Source of the DNA: Candidatus Omnitrophota bacterium
Lineage (GTDB): Bacteria; Omnitrophota; Gorgyraeia; JAHJTE01
Assembly (NCBI GenBank): GCA_040753675.1
Contig: JBFMEB010000010.1
Location: 1-60,379 of the forward strand
DNA length: 60,379 nt
Direction: 5' to 3'
The notes under the pieces are model-generated. The model did no database searches. It saw only the letters and a list, made by a program, of their open reading frames with translations, and had not been told where the DNA came from. A program made the position numbers and the translations under genes. Shown one piece after another: positions 20,841 through 29,613 of the stretch (the stretch's first letter is position 1; each line of letters begins with the position of its first letter).

Positions 20841-21881
20841 ATGTTACGATTTTTAACCGCAGGAGAATCACATGGCAAGTTCCTCGTGGCTATTTTAGAA
20901 GGAATACCGGCAGGCCTAAAGATTGAAATTAAAAAGATAAATAATGAATTAGCTCGTCGCAAAATTGGCATCGGCCGTTCAGCAAGAATGGGTTTAGAAA
21001 CGGATAGGATTTTCTCTATTACCGGCTTAAAAAATAATATTAGTATTGGTGCGCCCATTGGTTTGATTGTTGAAAACAAAGATAAGAGCATTGATAGATT
21101 GCCGGCAGTGCTCATTCCGCGCCCTGGCCATGCTGATTTAGCTGGTGTTTTAAAGTATGGTTTTAAAGATGCTCGAAAGGTATTAGAGCGGGCTTCGGCA
21201 AGAGAGACTGTAATGCGCGTAGCAATAGGAGCAGTATGTAAAATACTCTTAGAAGAATTCAAGATGAAGGTCACCTCGCAAGTTCTGCATATAGGCGGAA
21301 AGACGAGTCTAAGAGAAATTAAGAAATTAATACACTTGGCTAAGAAGAAAAAAGATACCTTAGGAGGTGTGTTTGAAGTTTGCGTAAAGAATGTTCTTGC
21401 TGGATTAGGAAGTTATGTGCATTATGACCGCAGGCTTGATGGCCTCTTAACTCAGGCAATTATGTCCATTCCTGCTATTAAGGCCATAGAGATAGGCGAA
21501 GGCATTATTTCGGCTGAAAAGTTTGGGTCGCAAGTCCATGATGCTATTTATTTTTCTAAAGGAAAATTTTTCAGAAAGACAAATAATGCCGGTGGCTTAG
21601 AAGGTGGAGTCACTAATGGCCAGGATCTAATTATCAAGGCAGCTATGAAACCCATTGCCACAATAGGTAATCCTTTAGATTCGGTTAATATCCTAACTAA
21701 AAAGAAGGCGAAGGCAGCGATAGAGCGTTATGATACATGCGCAGTTGAATCAGCAGCTGTAATAGCTGAGAACATGGTTGCTTTTATTCTGGCCGGAGCT
21801 CTTTTAGATAAATTTGGCAGCGACAGCCTCGAAGATATTAAGGTAAGCGTTGCCAATTATAAGAAGAGAGCAGGTTGTTAG
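20841..21881 (+). CDS. aroC: chorismate synthase
   Basis: FLTAGESHGK, RPGHADL and SARETV motifs. Confidence 0.9.
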   Translation: MLRFLTAGESHGKFLVAILEGIPAGLKIEIKKINNELARRKIGIGRSARMGLETDRIFSITGLKNNISIGAPIGLIVENKDKSIDRLPAVLIPRPGHADLAGVLKYGFKDARKVLERASARETVMRVAIGAVCKILLEEFKMKVTSQVLHIGGKTSLREIKKLIHLAKKKKDTLGGVFEVCVKNVLAGLGSYVHYDRRLDGLLTQAIMSIPAIKAIEIGEGIISAEKFGSQVHDAIYFSKGKFFRKTNNAGGLEGGVTNGQDLIIKAAMKPIATIGNPLDSVNILTKKKAKAAIERYDTCAVESAAVIAENMVAFILAGALLDKFGSDSLEDIKVSVANYKKRAGC

Positions 21882-21903
21882 GCATTTTTTTGAAATTGTT
21901 GTC

Positions 21904-21941
21904 AAAAACCCCACATTACGCTGTGGGGTTTTGGCTTTTTT
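21904..21941 (+). terminator. rho-independent terminator after aroC
   Basis: Stem AAAACCCCACA 21905-21915 / TGTGGGGTTTT 21922-21932, loop TTACGC, followed by GGCTTTTTT. Confidence 0.8.
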
Positions 21942-21948
21942 GAATAGA

Positions 21949-21977
21949 TTGACAGAGTTGTAAGTAGATGATAAAAT
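21949..21977 (+). promoter_or_regulatory. sigma70-like promoter, TTGACA-17 nt-TAAAAT
   Basis: -35 at 21949-21954, 17-nt spacer, -10 at 21972-21977. It lies about 280 nt upstream of the aroK start. Confidence 0.6.
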
Positions 21978-21995
21978 TGCGGATATGTAATTAAT

Positions 21996-22035
21996 GATTA
22001 CGCAGATTTTTAAACCAAGATTACACAGATTACAA
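21996..22035. repeat. GATTAC(G/A)CAGAT words (CACAGAT family)
   Basis: gattacgcagattt and gattacacagattac read directly. Confidence 0.6.
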
Positions 22036-22099
22036 TTATTAAGATAGCATGCAATTCAATACATCTATCCAAGTTTCCAAGACTATAATGGCATCTATG

Positions 22100-22225
22100 G
22101 CAACCAAGGCTAATAAGGCAAATAAGGGGAAAATGGCTATCAAGATAAGATACCATTTTAGCCCCTTTGCCTTTAAGCCCTGTTCCCTTTTATAGCCTTG
22201 AATGCCCTGAGTGCCTTGATAGACT
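22100..22225. repeat. AAGGC/GCCTT-word imperfect palindrome in the aroK leader
   Basis: Left arm caaccaaggctaataaggcaaataaggggaaaatggctat. Right arm ataccattttagcccctttgcctttaagccc..tagccttgaatgccctgagtgccttg. Confidence 0.6.
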
Positions 22226-22258
22226 TGTAAGGGTTAGGTTTGAATAGTACAAGATAAG

Positions 22259-22780
22259 ATGAAGAACATTTATTTGGTAGGGTTTATGGGAACTGGTAAG
22301 TCAGTTGTAGCTAAGGTGCTGGCAAAGAGGCTAAATCTAAAATTTATTGACATGGATACTCTCATTGAAAAGAAAGAAGGCCTAAAGATTAAAGATATCT
22401 TTGCTGAAAGAGGTGAAACCTACTTTAGACAATTAGAGAAAGAAACAGTTAAAGAGTTAAGCGCCAAATTGGACACAGTTGTTGCTTGTGGCGGAGGAGT
22501 AGTTTTGGATAAGGATAATCTAAATATACTAAAGGCCACCGGAAGCATTATTTGTTTAAACGCCAGGCCAGAGATAATTTTAAAACGTTGCGAGAATTGT
22601 ACAGATAGGCCATTATTAAATATCGAAAATCCCAAAAAAAGAATTGAAGAATTATTAAGATTTAGAGCACCTTTCTACGCACAGGCACATTTTAACATTG
22701 ATACTTCGGATTTGAGTGTTGAAGAAGTAGCCGAAAAAATATTAGAAGGCATAAGAAGGGATGAGAAGACCGATGACTGA
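22259..22780 (+). CDS. aroK: shikimate kinase
   Basis: GFMGTGKS P-loop and VVACGGGVV; 173 aa. Confidence 0.9.
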   Translation: MKNIYLVGFMGTGKSVVAKVLAKRLNLKFIDMDTLIEKKEGLKIKDIFAERGETYFRQLEKETVKELSAKLDTVVACGGGVVLDKDNLNILKATGSIICLNARPEIILKRCENCTDRPLLNIENPKKRIEELLRFRAPFYAQAHFNIDTSDLSVEEVAEKILEGIRRDEKTDD

Positions 22781-23873
22781 ATTAGAAGCAAAGATTGCGC
22801 TGAATTTACTACCAGAGCTCTCGACTATTTGTTATAAAAAATTATTAGATTATTTTAAGAATGCTTTAGCTGTTTTTAAGACAAGTCCCGAAGAATTAGA
22901 AAGGGCTTGCGGCCTAAAAAAAGAAACATTAGCAAAGTTAAATACGCTTATTAAAGGCGAAAGCCTTAAAAAAGAATTAGCGCTTATAGAAAAAAATAAA
23001 ATTAAGATTCTCTCTCTTGATGATTCTGATTATCCAACGCTTTTAAGAGAGATTTACGATCCGCCGCCTATACTTTATGTTAAAGGAAAATTAGAAAAAG
23101 ATAGTTTAAAAATTGCTATAGTCGGTTCGCGGCAGGCGTCAATGTATGGTCTTAAAATGACAGAGAAATTTGGTTATGAATTGGCTTCTTGTGGTCTAAC
23201 TATTGTCTCTGGCATGGCTCGTGGAATAGATAGCGCAGCTCATAAGGCGGCATTAAAAGCAGGCGGAAAAACTTTGGCGGTTTTAGGCAGTGGCTTATCT
23301 TGCATTTATCCTCCTGAGAATAAAGGATTATTTGAGCAAATTTCAAATTCTGGAGCAGTTATCTCTGAATTTCCGATTGTTACAAGACCGTTAAGTTATA
23401 ATTTTCCGCGCCGAAATAGAATTATCAGCGGCTTAAGTTCAGGCATCTTGATTGTAGAGGCAGCCAAACGAAGCGGTGCATTAATAACTGTAAATTGTGC
23501 CTTAGAGCAGGGTAGGGAAGTATTTGTGGTTCCTGGCAAGGCAGATTCGCCAACATCCTTTGGGACAAATAAACTTATTAAAGAAGGGGCAAAATTAGTA
23601 GATGATGCAAGTGAGATAATTCAAGAATTAAATTTAAACCCTGATCCTAAACTTCAACCTTCAAAAGCAAGAACCAAAGAAGGCCAGAACTTAAATTTAA
23701 ACGAAAGAGAAAGAAAAATCTTGGATTCTCTTGTTGATGAACCTGTTCTCTTTGAAAAGATTTTAGAGGATACTGATTTTACCACAGCAGAGCTTTTAAG
23801 TTGCCTAACCCGACTTGAACTTAAAGGTGTTGTAAGCCAGCTACCTGGAAAAAGGTTTACTAAAAAATTTTAA
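22761..23873 (+). CDS. dprA: DNA-processing protein DprA/Smf
   Basis: Rossmann-like core SGMARGIDSAAHKAAL and a C-terminal winged-helix. An alternative start at ATG 22773 overlaps the aroK stop. Confidence 0.85.
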   Translation: MRRPMTELEAKIALNLLPELSTICYKKLLDYFKNALAVFKTSPEELERACGLKKETLAKLNTLIKGESLKKELALIEKNKIKILSLDDSDYPTLLREIYDPPPILYVKGKLEKDSLKIAIVGSRQASMYGLKMTEKFGYELASCGLTIVSGMARGIDSAAHKAALKAGGKTLAVLGSGLSCIYPPENKGLFEQISNSGAVISEFPIVTRPLSYNFPRRNRIISGLSSGILIVEAAKRSGALITVNCALEQGREVFVVPGKADSPTSFGTNKLIKEGAKLVDDASEIIQELNLNPDPKLQPSKARTKEGQNLNLNERERKILDSLVDEPVLFEKILEDTDFTTAELLSCLTRLELKGVVSQLPGKRFTKKF

Positions 23874-23880
23874 AGTGAGG

Positions 23881-24100
23881 TCAAATGAAGCCTAAACTTA
23901 CGGGACAATGATATTCGTAAGTTTATTGGCTGAATTTACCCAGCACTAATTTTACTAAATAGCTTTGAATAAAAAATAAAAGTTTGTACATAAAATCAAA
24001 AATTTTATTTTAGCTCCAAGCAGTGCAGTAAAAGTAGTGCTGGATTTAATTCGCGCAAATAACTTATGTTCACTGCCGTTCCATAAGTTATGCGCTCATT
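23881..24100. repeat. ~229-bp multi-hairpin insert flanked by the 11-bp direct repeat TTAAAGTGAGG
   Basis: Direct repeats at 23870-23880 and 24099-24109. Internal stems: AAACTTACG/CGTAAGTTT; CCAGCACTAATTTTACT/AGTAAAAGTAGTGCTGG; AAAATAAAA/TTTTATTTT; GCGCAAATAACTTATG/CATAAGTTATGCGC. Confidence 0.6.
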
Positions 24101-24114
24101 AAAGTGAGGATTTG

Positions 24115-26103
24115 ATGGCCAGTAAAGAAAAATCATTAGTTATTGTAGAATCACCGGCAAAAGCTAAAACCATTGGCTCGATTTTAGGGGCCAACTTCGT
24201 TGTCGAGTCATCAATGGGCCACATTGTTGATCTGCCGGCAAAGAAATTAGGGATAAATATAGACGATAGCTTTAAGCCTGAGTTTGTTGTAATACCTGCG
24301 AAAATTAAGTTATTGAATCAGTTAAAAGCCCATGCAAAAGATAAACGCCATGTTTATTTAGCTACTGACCCTGACCGGGAAGGAGAAGCAATCGGCTGGC
24401 ATATAAAATCTGAAATTGCTAATCCTAAAGATGCCAAGGATAAATTTTTAAGAGTAATATTTCATGAGATTACTACTGAGGCAGTAAAAGAAGCGTTCAA
24501 AAATCCACAGGACTTGGATAAGTCCAAATTCGATGCCCAAAAGACAAGGAGAGTCCTGGATAGATTGGTAGGCTACTTTTTAAGCCCGTTTCTGTGGCGT
24601 AAAATTGCCCGTGGATTAAGTGCCGGCAGAGTCCAGTCAGTTGCGCTACGCATAATAGTTGAGCGCGAGCGCGAAATCTTAAGCTTTAAGTCTAAAGAAT
24701 ACTGGGAGATTGAGGCAAAATTAAAGAAAAAGGAAGTTCAGACGGAATTCAACGCCAAATTAACCAAGATTGATAATAAAGATCCGCAAATAAATAATGA
24801 ACATGAAGCTAAATCCTTAGTTCAGCTGATAAAAAAAGAGCAATTCAAAGTTTGCGAAGTTGAAGGCAAGGAAAAGAAAAGGTCAGCTCCGGCGCCGTTT
24901 ACCACCAGCTCTTTGCAGCAAGAAGCCTTTAATAGACTACATTTTACTGCTAAAAAGACAATGCTTATTGCCCAGCATCTTTATGAAGGCATAGAATTAG
25001 GTAAGTTGGGTCCGGTAGGATTAATCACTTATATGCGCACTGATTCAGTTCATGTAAGCCAGAACGCATTGTTTGAGGTAAGGGATTTTATCGCTACGCA
25101 ATTCGGTAGGCGATATTTACCAGAAAAACCTAATGTCTACAAGTTGTCTAAGCGAGCCCAAGCTGCTCATGAAGCAATAAGGCCGACTAAGGTATTAAGA
25201 AGGCCTGAAGATTTGAAAGGGTATTTAAATAACGACGAATATAAATTATATGAACTTATTTGGAGGCGCTTTGTTGCTAGTCAGATGAAGCCGGCCGAGA
25301 TGTTTGTTACTACCGTAAAGATTTCAGCGGGCAAATTTCTATTTCAAGCCACAGGTACCCAATTGACATTCGATGGATTTTTATCAGTATATGCAGAGAA
25401 GGATGAAAAAAAAGAACAAGTGAAACTACCGGCCTTATCAGTTGGAGATAAATTGAATTTAATTAATCTCCTTCCCACACAGCATTTTACCAAGCCGCCA
25501 CCGCGATTTTCTGATGCTTCTTTGGTAAAATTTTTAGAAGAGAAAGGTATAGGCAGGCCCAGCACTTATGTTCCGATAATCCAAACCTTAATATTCAGAG
25601 ATTATGTTCGTCGCCTAAAAGGGTACTTCTCGCCAACCGAATTAGGCATAAAGGTATTTGATTTATTAATAAAATATTTTAAGGAAATCATGGATTTAGA
25701 TTTTACAGCACGCATGGAAGAAGAATTAGATTTAGTTGAAGAGGGCGATATAAAATGGCTGAAGGTGTTGAATGATTTTTATCCTACTTTCCGAAAAAAA
25801 TTGGATTTTGCCAATGAATATGCAAAAAAAGAAGTAGTTACTAGTAAGGAAGTGTGTCCGCAGTGCGGCAAACCAATGGTTATAAAATGGGGTAGAAAAG
25901 GCAGATTTTTGAGCTGTTCCGGATTTCCAAACTGTAAGTTTTCTAAATCGATAACCACTGGTATAAAATGTCCAAACGAGGGTTGTGGTGGCGAGGTAGT
26001 AGAGCGGCGCTCTAAGAGGGGAAGGTTTTTCTACGGCTGCACAAATTATCCTAAGTGTACGTTTGTCTCTAATGTATTACCTAAGGAAAACTCTGAAAGT
26101 TAA
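24115..26103 (+). CDS. topA: DNA topoisomerase I
   Basis: TOPRIM start LVIVESPAKAKTI, active-site region YMRTDS, C-terminal CxxC zinc ribbons. ATG 24115 is preferred over TTG 24112. Confidence 0.95.
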   Translation: MASKEKSLVIVESPAKAKTIGSILGANFVVESSMGHIVDLPAKKLGINIDDSFKPEFVVIPAKIKLLNQLKAHAKDKRHVYLATDPDREGEAIGWHIKSEIANPKDAKDKFLRVIFHEITTEAVKEAFKNPQDLDKSKFDAQKTRRVLDRLVGYFLSPFLWRKIARGLSAGRVQSVALRIIVEREREILSFKSKEYWEIEAKLKKKEVQTEFNAKLTKIDNKDPQINNEHEAKSLVQLIKKEQFKVCEVEGKEKKRSAPAPFTTSSLQQEAFNRLHFTAKKTMLIAQHLYEGIELGKLGPVGLITYMRTDSVHVSQNALFEVRDFIATQFGRRYLPEKPNVYKLSKRAQAAHEAIRPTKVLRRPEDLKGYLNNDEYKLYELIWRRFVASQMKPAEMFVTTVKISAGKFLFQATGTQLTFDGFLSVYAEKDEKKEQVKLPALSVGDKLNLINLLPTQHFTKPPPRFSDASLVKFLEEKGIGRPSTYVPIIQTLIFRDYVRRLKGYFSPTELGIKVFDLLIKYFKEIMDLDFTARMEEELDLVEEGDIKWLKVLNDFYPTFRKKLDFANEYAKKEVVTSKEVCPQCGKPMVIKWGRKGRFLSCSGFPNCKFSKSITTGIKCPNEGCGGEVVERRSKRGRFFYGCTNYPKCTFVSNVLPKENSES

Positions 26104-26112
26104 TAACAGTAA

Positions 26113-26200
26113 CACCGCAAAAACGCTAAATTCCGCAAAAACGCTAAAAACTTATTAGAGAAATTTTGCGCTTTTGCGAATTTTTGGCGCTTTAGCGGTG
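26113..26200. repeat. CGCAAAAACGCTAAA-word imperfect palindrome
   Basis: caccgcaaaaacgctaaattccgcaaaaacgctaaaaac .. ttttgcgcttttgcgaatttttggcgctttagcggtg. The ends CACCGC/GCGGTG pair. Confidence 0.75.
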
Positions 26201-26231
26201 TTAAGGTAGTTCTTAAATCAAATACAAAAAT

Positions 26232-27095
26232 ATGATTGAAAGGTTTGTCGAGAAATTTTTTAGGTATTTGGAAATAGAGAAGAATGCGTCGGAGTTTACA
26301 AAAATAAATTATGGGCACGATCTTAAGGAATTTGACTCATTTCTAAAAGATACGCCTATGGAGTCGATTGATTATTTGGTTTTGCGTAGGTACTTGGCGC
26401 ATTTAAAAGCAAGGAATTTATCCAAACGTTCTATCAATAGAAAATTGTCCAGCCTAAGGGCATTTTTTAAATTTCTTTTCAAAGAGGGTCTGATAAAAAC
26501 TAATCCAGCGGCGCTTCTTTCTAGCCCAAAGCTTGATAAACACCTGCCTTTATTTATGACTGAGGATGAAACAGTTAAATTATTAGAAGCAGCAGATGGG
26601 CATGACTGGCTGTCATTACGCGACAGGGCGATACTGGAGACACTATATTCAACAGGGATGAGAATCTCAGAGTTATTAGGTTTAAATTTAGATGACATTG
26701 ATTTTATTTCCGGAGTGGTAAAGGTAAGGGGCAAAGGCAAAAAAGAGCGGCTTATCCCCATAGGAAACAGTGCAATTAATTCGATTCGCCGGTATTTAGA
26801 TAACAGGTTAGACAAATCCCAGACTATTTTTTTAAACAAAAACAAGACCAGGCTAACTACCCGAGGAGCAAGGTTAATTTTAAATAAATATATTAAGAAA
26901 GCCTCGCTTAAACAAGGAATATCCCCTCATACATTACGCCATTCGTTTGCGACACACCTTTTAAATCGGGGCGCAGATTTAAGGAGTGTCCAGGAACTTT
27001 TAGGTCACAGTAATCTTTCTACCACTCAAGTTTACACGCATTTAACTACCGAGAGATTAAAAGCGGTTTATGATAAGGCGCATCCGCGTGCCTAG
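26232..27095 (+). CDS. xerC: tyrosine recombinase XerC/XerD
   Basis: SAM-like N-domain; catalytic HTLRHSFATHLL and LLGHSNLSTTQVYTH. Confidence 0.85.
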   Translation: MIERFVEKFFRYLEIEKNASEFTKINYGHDLKEFDSFLKDTPMESIDYLVLRRYLAHLKARNLSKRSINRKLSSLRAFFKFLFKEGLIKTNPAALLSSPKLDKHLPLFMTEDETVKLLEAADGHDWLSLRDRAILETLYSTGMRISELLGLNLDDIDFISGVVKVRGKGKKERLIPIGNSAINSIRRYLDNRLDKSQTIFLNKNKTRLTTRGARLILNKYIKKASLKQGISPHTLRHSFATHLLNRGADLRSVQELLGHSNLSTTQVYTHLTTERLKAVYDKAHPRA

Positions 27096-27127
27096 AGCAT
27101 TGAAGCTCAGGGTAGCAATTAGCCCAA

Positions 27128-27226
27128 AGTCAAAAGTTGTCATACAATTGTCATACTATTGTCATAAGTTGTGTTTTGCAATGTATGACCATATTTGACT
27201 ATTTATGACTATGTATGACTTATTGC
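27128..27226. repeat. GTCATA-word imperfect palindrome
   Basis: agtcaaaagttgtcatacaattgtcatactattgtcataag .. atgtatgaccatatttgactatttatgactatgtatgact. Followed by atctgttaatctgtaat, which are inverted CACAGAT-type words. Confidence 0.75.
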
Positions 27227-27257
27227 TATATCTGTTAATCTGTAATTTATTTATAAC

Positions 27258-28538
27258 ATGATACTATACGATATCTTATTTATAATATTCTCTATATTCG
27301 CATTTCCATTTTTATTGTTTAAGGGGAAATTGCACCGAGGTTACTTAGAGCGTTTAGGATTTATTGATAAAGGCAAAATTTGTGAAAGTAGTATTTGGCT
27401 TCACGCTGTCAGCGTAGGAGAAGTTTTAAGTTCAAAAGAATTAATTAGGCTATTAAAAGTAAAATTTCCAGATAAAAGAATTGTCATAACCACGATTACC
27501 CAGACTGGAAATAAAGTTGCCAAGGATATTGCTGGCGAGGATACAATAGTTTCCTATTTGCCTTTAGATGTAAGTTTTATTATTAAGAATTTTATTAAGA
27601 GGTTTAATCCTTATATTTTTATTGGGCTGGAAACAGAGATTTGGCCAAATTTGATATTTGAGTTAGAGCGCCAATCAATACCCAAGGTAATTCTAAATGG
27701 CAGGATTTCTAACAGTTCTTTTAAAAAATATAATTTTTTTAGGCTGTTATTAAAGCCGATATTGAGAAAAGTAGATTATTTTGCCATGCAATCTGATGAA
27801 TATGCAGCAAGGATTATTAATTTAGGCGCACCCATAGAAAAAATAGAAGTTAGTGGCAACATGAAGTTTGATGCTCAAGCAACAGATGAGGACGCATCTG
27901 ATCCTCAGGTAACGCGTACTAAATTGCATTTAAAACCTGGTGAGGATTTATTTGTGGCTGGATGTACCCATCAGGGTGAGGAAGAGATAATCTTATCGGT
28001 TTATAGGAATTTAAGCTCCCTTAGTCATGATTTACGCTTATTAATTGCTCCTCGGCATGTGGAGCGGGTGAGCGTAATAGAAAATTTAATTAGAGAACAG
28101 GGCTTTAGGGCCTTGCGGATTAGTCAATTAGGCGGGCAAGCTATCGGCAGAGGAGATATTTATCTTTTGGATACAATAGGAAGCCTTAAGACTTATTATG
28201 CGGTTTGCTCTTTAGCTTTTGTAGGTGGGTCTTTAGTTGCGGCAGGTGGCCACAACATTTTAGAGCCGGCTTACTTTGCCAAGCCGATAATCTTTGGAAA
28301 ACATATGGATAATTTTTCTGATATTAAAGATTTATTTTTAAAAAATAAGGCAGCGATAGAAGTGGAAGATGCCATAGAACTTCAGGATAAAATTATCGAA
28401 ATTTTAAAAGACAGTTCAATGGCAAAGAACTTAAGTATAAAGGCAGCACAATTAGTAAATAGTAATATGGGCACAACAAAGCGCAATATAGCAATCTTAA
28501 ACAAGGTTTTAGGTGCTTATGGAAAACTATCTTTATGA
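27258..28538 (+). CDS. waaA: 3-deoxy-D-manno-octulosonic acid (Kdo) transferase
   Basis: WLHAVSVGEV motif and GT30 architecture; 426 aa. Confidence 0.85.
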   Translation: MILYDILFIIFSIFAFPFLLFKGKLHRGYLERLGFIDKGKICESSIWLHAVSVGEVLSSKELIRLLKVKFPDKRIVITTITQTGNKVAKDIAGEDTIVSYLPLDVSFIIKNFIKRFNPYIFIGLETEIWPNLIFELERQSIPKVILNGRISNSSFKKYNFFRLLLKPILRKVDYFAMQSDEYAARIINLGAPIEKIEVSGNMKFDAQATDEDASDPQVTRTKLHLKPGEDLFVAGCTHQGEEEIILSVYRNLSSLSHDLRLLIAPRHVERVSVIENLIREQGFRALRISQLGGQAIGRGDIYLLDTIGSLKTYYAVCSLAFVGGSLVAAGGHNILEPAYFAKPIIFGKHMDNFSDIKDLFLKNKAAIEVEDAIELQDKIIEILKDSSMAKNLSIKAAQLVNSNMGTTKRNIAILNKVLGAYGKLSL

Positions 28539-29613
28539 GGTAATTACTGATAAAGCTCTCGACATCAAAGCCCAGAGTTTACGGGTGGTATTCCATATTT
28601 TGAGCTTCTTTTATTGCGCCCTGGTGCGACTACAGGATTTTGTCTATAAGAAAAAAATTTTACGTCCAGCCCATCTTGAGGTTAAGGTTATATCAGTGGG
28701 CAACATAACGTGGGGCGGGACAGGAAAAACATCTCTGGTCAGCATTTTAGCAAAATTTCTTTCTGGTAAAGGAAAAAGAATAGCGATTCTAAGTCGAGGA
28801 TATAAGAGAGTACAGAGCACAGAGTACAGAGAACAGAAAACAAGAGAAGAGTATCAACTAATGGGCGATGAGGCGTGCCTTTTAAAAGAAAAATTTCCCG
28901 AGATACCTGTGTTGGTAGGCAGAGACAGGGTTGAAAATGCGATTAAGGCAGTTAAAGATTTCCAAGCAGAAGTGGTTTTGCTCGACGATGGTTTTCAGCA
29001 CAGGCGGATAAAAAGAGATTTGGATATCGTATCAATTGATTGCTTAAATCCGTTTGGTAACGGATACTGTATCCCCAGGGGTATTCTTAGGGAGCCGAAA
29101 AGCAGTCTAGAGCGGGCTGATTTAGTCGTCTTGACTAACGCTGAATTTAACAAAGAAGAAGCTAAAGAATTAGAATTTGACATAAGAGATATAAACTCTA
29201 AAGCGCCAATTGTCTATGCCTCTTACAGGGCTTTATGCGTGCGCGATTTTCCGAGCGGCCAGGTCATAATACCTTCCCATATGGTTGGTAAACCGGTTTG
29301 TCTTTTTGCTGGCATTGGCAATTTCGAGTCATTCAGGAATACTTTTGTCAGTTCCATAGGGGGAAATGTAAAGTTAGAATTTAATTTTCCTGACCATTAT
29401 CAATACCAGAAACAAGATTTATTGGAAATTCAGGACGCCTGTATTAAACAGGGGGTTAATTTAATCATAACTACCGAGAAGGATCTTGTTAGGCTTAAGC
29501 AATTTATCGATAATTCCTTGCTGGTAAAGATTGCTGTCTTGGAGGTTGAGCTTGAGATATTGAAAAATAAGGATAAGTTTTTCGAAAGAGTCGAAAATGT
29601 TTGTCTTGGTTAG
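28513..29613 (+). CDS. lpxK: tetraacyldisaccharide 4'-kinase
   Basis: VGNITWGGTGKTSLV P-loop and LLDDGFQH motif. Confidence 0.85.
   Translation: MLMENYLYEVITDKALDIKAQSLRVVFHILSFFYCALVRLQDFVYKKKILRPAHLEVKVISVGNITWGGTGKTSLVSILAKFLSGKGKRIAILSRGYKRVQSTEYREQKTREEYQLMGDEACLLKEKFPEIPVLVGRDRVENAIKAVKDFQAEVVLLDDGFQHRRIKRDLDIVSIDCLNPFGNGYCIPRGILREPKSSLERADLVVLTNAEFNKEEAKELEFDIRDINSKAPIVYASYRALCVRDFPSGQVIIPSHMVGKPVCLFAGIGNFESFRNTFVSSIGGNVKLEFNFPDHYQYQKQDLLEIQDACIKQGVNLIITTEKDLVRLKQFIDNSLLVKIAVLEVELEILKNKDKFFERVENVCLG

Noticed and set aside
22088-22195. 35-codon ORF (MASMATKANKANKGKMAIKIRYHFSPFAFKPCSLL) in the aroK leader
   Set aside because: There is no SD. The sequence is the two arms of the AAGGC/GCCTT palindrome, so the open frame is most simply a by-product of the repeat.
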